Below, piece after piece: positions 57,526 through 64,000 of a stretch of 64,000 bases of DNA. The stretch comes from Coprothermobacterota bacterium (lineage in GTDB: Bacteria; Coprothermobacterota; HKB111). The DNA is taken from the NCBI GenBank assembly GCA_037440465.1, contig JBBIUB010000003.1, positions 7,780 through 71,779 of the forward strand, given 5' to 3'. Position numbers and translations under genes: made by a program. The notes beneath the pieces were generated by a model that was not told the origin of the DNA, did no database searches, and saw nothing but the letters and a program-made list of their open reading frames with translations. The stretch's first letter is position 1; each line of letters opens with the position of its first letter.

Positions 57526-58674
57526 TCAAGTATAGCACACAACATTTTTACATTTTATTAGGATTAGAAATGCTAAAATACTAAGACTAATAGCCAGGAA
57601 AAACGGTGTAAAACCACCAAATGCTGTTTTTAACTCCACACCTATGGGCGGACCCAGTGAAGCCACTACACCTGTAACCGTGCCAAAAAAACCGGTTATT
57701 CTTCCTCTGTTCTTTTCGTTTGTTAAAGAGGTAAGAACCAGGGCTTGTGTAATCATGAAAAACTGAAAAAGAATAAATGATATCAACAAAAAAATGATGG
57801 GGGGAACAAAAGGGGAATTTGAATTTAGATAGGCGATAAGAAAGATAGGATGGAAAAGAACGCTTACTCCCAAAACTATCCAGGCATTAAACCTTTTTGA
57901 AAGCCTTCCAGCAACAAAACTTAAAAGAGCAGCCACTATCCATCCTGAAGCATAAAGAAGATTAATCTCTTCTTCACTTTTTCCCAAACTCTCCTGCAGA
58001 TAGAGGGTTACAAGAGGTCCATTTAATGTTAAAGCCATAGCCAGCGCAATAAAAGAAGCTGCTACAAGAAAAAATAACAAACTCCTGTTAAGAGAAAAGG
58101 TAAAAGAAGGTTTATGTGAAATTAAATCTTTAGTCTCAACAATTAGAGCGTGGCGTAAACCGGTACAGATAAATACTACTACACCACATAATATCATCAA
58201 AGGTCTTATCCCAAAGGGTTTAAGTAGTATTGCGCCAACTAATGTCCCCACTCCCACTCCCAATGAGGTAAGGGTATTAAAAAAGGAGATTGAACCTTCT
58301 CTGTTTTCACTGGATTCAGCAATAAGGGGAATAAAAGAAGGCATTTGAAGAGAAGACATCAAGCTAATTGCGAAATAAGCTAAGGCTGTCAATTTCCAGT
58401 CATTACTTAAGGCCATCACCAGATACAATGGTGCAGCGATATAACCTGGAATAGATATCATCTTTCTTCTCCCGAAACGATCAGCCAAATAACCGCCAAG
58501 AATCTGGGAAAATGTAAATCCAAGTAAGAAGAATGTATAAGATATTCCAATCATCCTATCAGAAGCTCCAAGGCTTTTCAGATATAGTGGTAGAAGGTAA
58601 AGCCACGAAAAAAGTGTAACCAGAATAATAAATGCGGTAATAGATAATATTTCTATATTATATTTTTTACTCAT
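57526..58674 (-). CDS. MFS transporter
   Basis: About 12 TM helices, motif A GYLADRFGRR. Confidence 0.92.
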   Translation of the reverse strand: MSKKYNIEILSITAFIILVTLFSWLYLLPLYLKSLGASDRMIGISYTFFLLGFTFSQILGGYLADRFGRRKMISIPGYIAAPLYLVMALSNDWKLTALAYFAISLMSSLQMPSFIPLIAESSENREGSISFFNTLTSLGVGVGTLVGAILLKPFGIRPLMILCGVVVFICTGLRHALIVETKDLISHKPSFTFSLNRSLLFFLVAASFIALAMALTLNGPLVTLYLQESLGKSEEEINLLYASGWIVAALLSFVAGRLSKRFNAWIVLGVSVLFHPIFLIAYLNSNSPFVPPIIFLLISFILFQFFMITQALVLTSLTNEKNRGRITGFFGTVTGVVASLGPPIGVELKTAFGGFTPFFLAISLSILAFLILIKCKNVVCYT

Positions 58675-58764
58675 ATCAGATAGTAATTATACCTTAAAAA
58701 CGGGGTTAAAAGAAGAAAAACAAGGTATTATTAAATGAATCATACCGAAATTAATTGCTGTGTA

Positions 58765-58908
58765 GGGTTCAAGGATATATAAATATAGGATTCAAGGGGT
58801 CCAGGGTTCAAGGATTGTGACAGGTGACAAGTAAATGATTATGGATTACAAATCACATATTACATATCACATATCACTTGTTACTGGTCCTGGAATCCTC
58901 GAATCTTG
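58765..58908. repeat. Nested octamer/heptamer inverted repeat element (copy 3, best preserved)
   Basis: GGGTTCAA..GGATTCAA GGGGTCCA GGGTTCAA | GTGACAG GTGACAA..ATTACAA ATCACAT ATTACAT ATCACAT ATCACTT GTTACTG | TGGAATCC TCGAATCT. Confidence 0.8.
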
Positions 58909-58997
58909 TTTAGCAACTACTTGAAAGAAGAACCATTAAGGTAAAATCTAAAGAGAAATAATTCAGAACATAAGAATTGAATACGGAGAATAAAAAA

Positions 58998-61469
58998 ATG
59001 AAAAATAAAAAGAGTGTCTATCTACCCATAAAAGGGATGTCTTGTGCTTCCTGTGTTAGGTCTGTGGAGAAAGCCTTAAGTAAATTACCTGGCGTAGAAG
59101 ATGTATCGGTCAATTTAAGCTCTGAAAAGGCTGTTCTTTCATATGATGAGAAATCATCTTTTCTTAAAGATATGGTTAAGGCTATAGAAGAGGTAGGTTA
59201 TGGAGTACATCTTCAGTCTTTCTCTTTTCAGTTAGATGAGAATATTGTTAAAGAAAAAAACTCATTCCTTATCAAATCTTTAGAAAAAATACCTGGTGTT
59301 ATTGAAGTAAGAGTATCTTCAGAGAGGATAGTTGAACTAACTTATCTGGAAACACTTCTTGATCTCAATAAACTTGAAAGGGTACTTAAAGAATCAGGTT
59401 ATTCTCCTGTTTTTCCAATTGAAAAGGTAGAAGATGTACTAATAAAAGCTAAAAAACTCGAAGAAAGATTACTTTATAAAAGGTTTCTCCTTGCCTTAGG
59501 TTTAACTATACCTCTTTTTGTAATATCACTTCCTCATATGGGTATTGACATCTTTAAATTTCTTGGAATAAGTCACAATATAATGCCTTTAATACCATAT
59601 TTATCTTTTATTTTCGCTACTCCGGTGCAACTCTACGCTGGGCTTCCCTTTTACGAGAGGGGAATAAATGGGTTTAAAACTAAAACACCTAATATGGATT
59701 CATTAATTATCATGGGAACTTCTGCTGCATATATATATTCAGTAGGCATAACCTTCTCACCCTTTATCACTTCTCTTTTCAATTTTCAGATTCCTTCCTA
59801 TATGCATGTCTTATATTATGAAGTTTCAGCAACCATTATTACTCTAGCTCTTCTGGGAAAATACCTCGAAAGTATTGCTAAAGGTAGAGCTTCCCGTGCC
59901 ATAAAATACCTTCTCAGCCTCAGTCCAAAAATAGCCTCAGTATTAAGAAATAGCGAAGAGATGAAAATTCCCGTCGATGAAGTCCTGGTTAATGATATTG
60001 TAGTGGTTCATCCTGGAGAAAGGATACCTGTGGATGGGATTGTCCTTGATGGTTATTCTGCAGTGGACGAATCTATGGTTACTGGTGAAAGTATTCCTGT
60101 AGATAAAAAAACCGGAGATGAAGTAATAAGTGGTACCATAAACAAAACCGGTAACTTCAAGTTTAGGGCTCAAAGAGTTGGAAAAGAAACTTTCCTTTCC
60201 CAGGTCATCCGTTTGGTTGAAGAAGCTCAAGGTTCTAAGGCTCCTATTCAAGCCCTTGCAGATAAGATTACTGTTTACTTTATCCCGGTAGTAATAATTA
60301 TCGCCCTTATTACCTTCCTTGTATGGTTAATAGCCGGTCCCTCTCCTTCTTTCCTCTATGCTCTTTCTGCAACCATAGCAGTTTTAATTATTGCTTGCCC
60401 CTGTGCTCTGGGGTTAGCTACTCCCACTGGAATTATGGTAGGAACAGGAGAAGCCGCTAAAAGAGGTATCCTTATAAGAAAGGGGGAAGCTCTTCAGAAT
60501 ATGGAAGAGATTGATACAATCGTTTTCGATAAAACAGGGACAATAACTGAAGGTGTACCTCGGGTTACAGATGTTATTACCCTCAATGGAATAAGTAAAG
60601 AAGAATTTCTGACACTTGTAGGTAGTGTGGAAAAATTATCAGAACATCCCCTGGCTAAATCTATTGTTGGTTATGTAGAGGACCTGGGTCTGTCTTTTAT
60701 ATCACCTGAAGAGTTTGAGGCAGTACCAGGAAAAGGCATAACTGCGAAGGTTCATGGACATAATGTTCTAATAGGAAATGAAGTATTTTTTAAAGATCAA
60801 GAAATAGAGATTAAAGACCGTAGTGAATTAGATCGTCTCTACCGAGAAGGAAAAACTGTAGTATTGGTAAGTTTAAATAGAGAAGTTAAAGGACTTATTG
60901 CTCAGGCAGACACGCTGAAAGAAGGTGCCAGAGAAACTATATCTATTCTAGAAAAAAAGGGACTCAAGGTATTCCTGATAACCGGAGATAACACTGCTAC
61001 TGCCAGAGCAATTGGAGAAAAGATAGGCATAGCAGATGTATTAGCCCAGATATTACCTCAAGATAAAGCAAAAGTTATTTCTAAGCTACAAAAAGAGGGT
61101 AGAAAGGTAGCTATGGTTGGTGATGGCATTAACGATGCCCCTGCTCTTGTTCAAGCTGATATTGGTATAGCCCTGGGGACAGGCACTGATATAGCCATAG
61201 AATCAGGAGACATTACTTTAATCAAAGGTGATCCCAAGAAAATAATAACAGTAATTAACATCAGTAAAGGTACTATGAATACTATAAGGCAGAATCTATT
61301 CTGGGCATTCATCTACAATATAACCCTGATACCTATTGCCGCAGGAGTATTATATCCCTTCTTCAAGGTGCTCATGAATCCAATCTTTGCTGCGATTGCC
61401 ATGTCGTTGAGTTCTGTGTCTGTAGTAGGAAACTCTCTCAGGCTTCAGTATAGAAAATTTAAGGAATAA
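58998..61469 (+). CDS. copA: Cu(I)-translocating P1B-type ATPase
   Basis: GMSCASC metal-binding domain, TGES, CPCALGLA, DKTGT, SEHP, GDGINDAP, YN, M..SS; ATG 58998 follows GGAG. Confidence 0.95.
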   Translation: MKNKKSVYLPIKGMSCASCVRSVEKALSKLPGVEDVSVNLSSEKAVLSYDEKSSFLKDMVKAIEEVGYGVHLQSFSFQLDENIVKEKNSFLIKSLEKIPGVIEVRVSSERIVELTYLETLLDLNKLERVLKESGYSPVFPIEKVEDVLIKAKKLEERLLYKRFLLALGLTIPLFVISLPHMGIDIFKFLGISHNIMPLIPYLSFIFATPVQLYAGLPFYERGINGFKTKTPNMDSLIIMGTSAAYIYSVGITFSPFITSLFNFQIPSYMHVLYYEVSATIITLALLGKYLESIAKGRASRAIKYLLSLSPKIASVLRNSEEMKIPVDEVLVNDIVVVHPGERIPVDGIVLDGYSAVDESMVTGESIPVDKKTGDEVISGTINKTGNFKFRAQRVGKETFLSQVIRLVEEAQGSKAPIQALADKITVYFIPVVIIIALITFLVWLIAGPSPSFLYALSATIAVLIIACPCALGLATPTGIMVGTGEAAKRGILIRKGEALQNMEEIDTIVFDKTGTITEGVPRVTDVITLNGISKEEFLTLVGSVEKLSEHPLAKSIVGYVEDLGLSFISPEEFEAVPGKGITAKVHGHNVLIGNEVFFKDQEIEIKDRSELDRLYREGKTVVLVSLNREVKGLIAQADTLKEGARETISILEKKGLKVFLITGDNTATARAIGEKIGIADVLAQILPQDKAKVISKLQKEGRKVAMVGDGINDAPALVQADIGIALGTGTDIAIESGDITLIKGDPKKIITVINISKGTMNTIRQNLFWAFIYNITLIPIAAGVLYPFFKVLMNPIFAAIAMSLSSVSVVGNSLRLQYRKFKE

Positions 61470-61491
61470 AAAATTAAGAGTCATCTCCAAA

Positions 61492-63480
61492 TTAGTTGTT
61501 CCGCAACTCACTCCATACCTCAATCCTTCCATCAATTTTCTTAGCCTGATAAAGTGCAGTGTCTGCTGCTCTTAGAAAATCCTCCTTGGATATTGAAGTT
61601 CCATGGTAAATAGACGCTAACCCGATAGAAAGAGATATATTATTCTTCAAAGCTCGCATCCTCGTTCGTGATGCAACCATTTTTGCTCCTTCTAAGTGAG
61701 TGTATGGTAAAAGAACAGCAAACTCATCACCGCCATATCGAGCCACTTTATCTACCTTACGAACACCTTGAATAAGAAGTTTAGCTACTTTTTTCAGGAG
61801 TTTATCTCCTTCCAGATGACCATAGGTATCATTATATTTTTTGAAACCATCAATGTCTATAAACATTACAGAAAGGTATCTTTCGTGACGACTAAGGCGT
61901 TCCATCTCTTCATCAAGAATCTCATAAAATTTCCTGTGATTGTAAAGACCTGTCAAACCATCAGTTATTGCCAGATTTTTTAATTCTTGATATAGAAATG
62001 CATTTTCCAGGGCTATACCAAGTTGATCAGCTAAAGTCTGAAAAGTTAATATATCCTGATTTCCAAAGGCATTTATTTCTTCACTTCTTAGATCAAGTAC
62101 TCCTAACAACTCTCCTCTTGCCTTTATTGGCACAGCCAGCTGAGAATGACCCCTACTCAACTCTTCAATATGATAGTAACGAGGATGTTTCTTTACATCA
62201 CTCGCCAGTAGAGGTTCTCCTTTCTCAGCTACATACGCCACTATACCAGGTCCTCCTGGTTTAAATCTCAGTGTACCTTTAAGTTTCTCCCACCTGAAAC
62301 CTGCTCCCCAGGTATAAACAAGTTCATTACTCAACTTATCCACAAGATAAATACTTAAATACAACAGTTTAAAATTTTTCCTGATAAATTCAGCTGTCTT
62401 TCTAAATAACTCTTCTCTTTCTAAAAAAGAGGAGAGATTTTTACTTACGCTTGAAATTATTTGAAGGTCTGTAGTAAGCTTTTCATATTTCTCAAGCAAA
62501 GAAACCTTCTTTACCACAGAGCCAGCAAGGGAAGCATAAAACCTTAGAATTTTTCTTTCTTCTTCGTTTCTGGGAAGACTATCCATGCTTAATATTCCAA
62601 CTATTTCTTCTTCTGATATGAGGGGCACATTAAGAATATTCTGTGGTGTATTCCAGAGGACTTTAGCTACTCGGGGATCTTGATAAGCATCTTTAATCTC
62701 TACTATTTCCTTACTATTAAATACAAGTGCAAAGCTTCCCCTATTAACAGATACACCTTCTCTATTAAGGGTTGATACAACTTCCTTTGGTATACCTTTG
62801 CTAACAACAATCCTCATCATTTTTTTATCTTCATCTAAAATAAAAATTGCTCCCTCTTCCCCTCCTACAATCTTTAGAACTTCATCAAGTGTTTTATGTA
62901 AGGTATCTTCTAAAGATACAGCCTGATTGAGTTTTAGAGAAGCCCTTACCAGTAATTCTCTTTGATGGAAAAGTAATGAATTTGAGAGAGTCATTGCTGC
63001 AATTGCAGAGAAATGTCGGGTTATTTCAAAATCTTCTTCAGTATAAAAATTTGGTTCATGTTTATCTAAAGTTATTGCTCCAATGAATACGCCTTTTGTT
63101 ATAAGAGGTATGCCTATCCAGGACTTGGTAAATTTAGTAGCTACTTTCGCTTCAAGATAGTCAATCTTTTTGACATCATTAACTATTATAGGAACCTTTC
63201 TCTCATCCATTTCCTTGAATCCTTTATTCTCCAATGTAAACGAAAGTTTCAAGACTTCTTTCTCTTCATCAGGAGGAAAGCCTTTAGCTGCTGAAGCTTG
63301 AATTTTATCTCCATATCTAAAAAAAAATGTGGCTGTATCGAAAGAAACTACTCGTTTGAGCTCTTCAAAAATACGCTGGTACGCTTCTTCTGGGGTCATA
63401 AAAGGGGTAAGATTTGAAACAATCTCTTGAAGAACTATAAATCTTTCTCGTTGGTTGTCAGACAGTTTCTTATCTGTCAT
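61492..63480 (-). CDS. Triple-GAF diguanylate cyclase
   Basis: Three GAF-like segments, TDGLTGLYN, DIDGFK.YND..GH, RKVD I-site, RYGGDEF, ADTALY.AK. Confidence 0.93.
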   Translation of the reverse strand: MTDKKLSDNQRERFIVLQEIVSNLTPFMTPEEAYQRIFEELKRVVSFDTATFFFRYGDKIQASAAKGFPPDEEKEVLKLSFTLENKGFKEMDERKVPIIVNDVKKIDYLEAKVATKFTKSWIGIPLITKGVFIGAITLDKHEPNFYTEEDFEITRHFSAIAAMTLSNSLLFHQRELLVRASLKLNQAVSLEDTLHKTLDEVLKIVGGEEGAIFILDEDKKMMRIVVSKGIPKEVVSTLNREGVSVNRGSFALVFNSKEIVEIKDAYQDPRVAKVLWNTPQNILNVPLISEEEIVGILSMDSLPRNEEERKILRFYASLAGSVVKKVSLLEKYEKLTTDLQIISSVSKNLSSFLEREELFRKTAEFIRKNFKLLYLSIYLVDKLSNELVYTWGAGFRWEKLKGTLRFKPGGPGIVAYVAEKGEPLLASDVKKHPRYYHIEELSRGHSQLAVPIKARGELLGVLDLRSEEINAFGNQDILTFQTLADQLGIALENAFLYQELKNLAITDGLTGLYNHRKFYEILDEEMERLSRHERYLSVMFIDIDGFKKYNDTYGHLEGDKLLKKVAKLLIQGVRKVDKVARYGGDEFAVLLPYTHLEGAKMVASRTRMRALKNNISLSIGLASIYHGTSISKEDFLRAADTALYQAKKIDGRIEVWSELRNN

Positions 63481-63599
63481 AGTTTAATCTAAATTCTAAA
63501 ACTCCTGATAATAAGCATGTAGCTTAACTACCTCCATCGACATTAAAATCCCTCTTGTTCTTCTCATATACTAATCTTTATTAAATTATATCATGCGAT

Positions 63600-64000
63600 T
63601 TACTTATTCCATCTTTTAATCCCCACGCCAGTTCTTTTAGCTTCATATAGAGCTTCATCAGCTGCTTTTAAAAGATCTTCTTTGGAGTGAAATTCTTCAT
63701 CAGACATAGCAACCATACCAATGGATACCTGAATGTTCTCTTTCAGAAACCCTTCCCTTAAACGCAGGGCTACTAAATAGGCTTTTTCACAGTGAGTATG
63801 AGGTAAAAGGATGGCAAACTCATCTCCACCATAACGGGCTACTTTATCAACCTTACGAACATTGTTGAGTGTGATTTCTGCCACTTTCTTGAGTAGTTTA
63901 TCTCCTTCCAGATGTCCATATGTATCGTTATACTTCTTAAAACCATCTATATCCATAAAGAGAATGGAAAGACATCCATTATATCGTTTAAACCTTAAAA
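63600..64000 (-). CDS. Diguanylate cyclase, C-terminal GGDEF part (gene starts beyond the window)
   Basis: Frame open to the window end (LRFKRYNGCLSILFMDIDGFKK..); RKVD..RYGGDEF. Confidence 0.93.
   Translation of the reverse strand, partial: LRFKRYNGCLSILFMDIDGFKKYNDTYGHLEGDKLLKKVAEITLNNVRKVDKVARYGGDEFAILLPHTHCEKAYLVALRLREGFLKENIQVSIGMVAMSDEEFHSKEDLLKAADEALYEAKRTGVGIKRWNK

Noticed and set aside
58765-58908. CRISPR array or riboswitch interpretation of the repeat
   Set aside because: Units are 7-8 nt and contiguous with no spacers, no cas genes are present, and no riboswitch consensus was recognised.
63496-63567. 23-aa ORF (MRRTRGILMSMEVVKLHAYYQEF) behind TGATATAAT between the two cyclase genes
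   Set aside because: No SD before its ATG and no recognisable motif; more likely the 5' leader of the GAF-GGDEF gene.

Overview
AT-rich chromosomal window from a bacterium whose gene content points to an anaerobe (tungsten/molybdenum aldehyde:ferredoxin oxidoreductase, many Fe-S proteins, Na+-translocating decarboxylase beta subunit). The lineage cannot be fixed from sequence alone. Firmicutes-like gene order with no T-box leaders and a PEGANIGL RpoB motif suggest a deep-branching group such as Caldisericota, Coprothermobacterota or Dictyoglomota (inference). Bases 1-27.2 kb are an all-minus-strand housekeeping run: fusA paralog, clpC-radA-PIN/TRAM-ispD-ispF-gltX-cysS-rlmB, rhomboid and ClpP-like proteases, 6S RNA, a SigB-like stress module, alaS-ruvX-DUF1292-mltG-yqeG-pilB-pilT-pilC, and the 5' part of rpoB. 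Next come three tRNAs and proS, an 8-gene proline/sarcosine-dehydrogenase plus AOR redox operon, guaB, rpmB, smpB, and a mixed metabolic/signalling region: DRG-type GTPase, DUF362, Rcl, birA, sua5, HD-GYP, GH4-deacetylase-kinase-OadB, CofE-like, CopA and two diguanylate cyclases. I see no transposase, integrase, prophage or CRISPR array. Items the ORF track misses: rpoB, the tRNAs, a 6S RNA, a 34-aa RCKP rubredoxin-like gene, a frameshifted GNAT, and a three-copy family of nested heptamer/octamer hairpin repeats.
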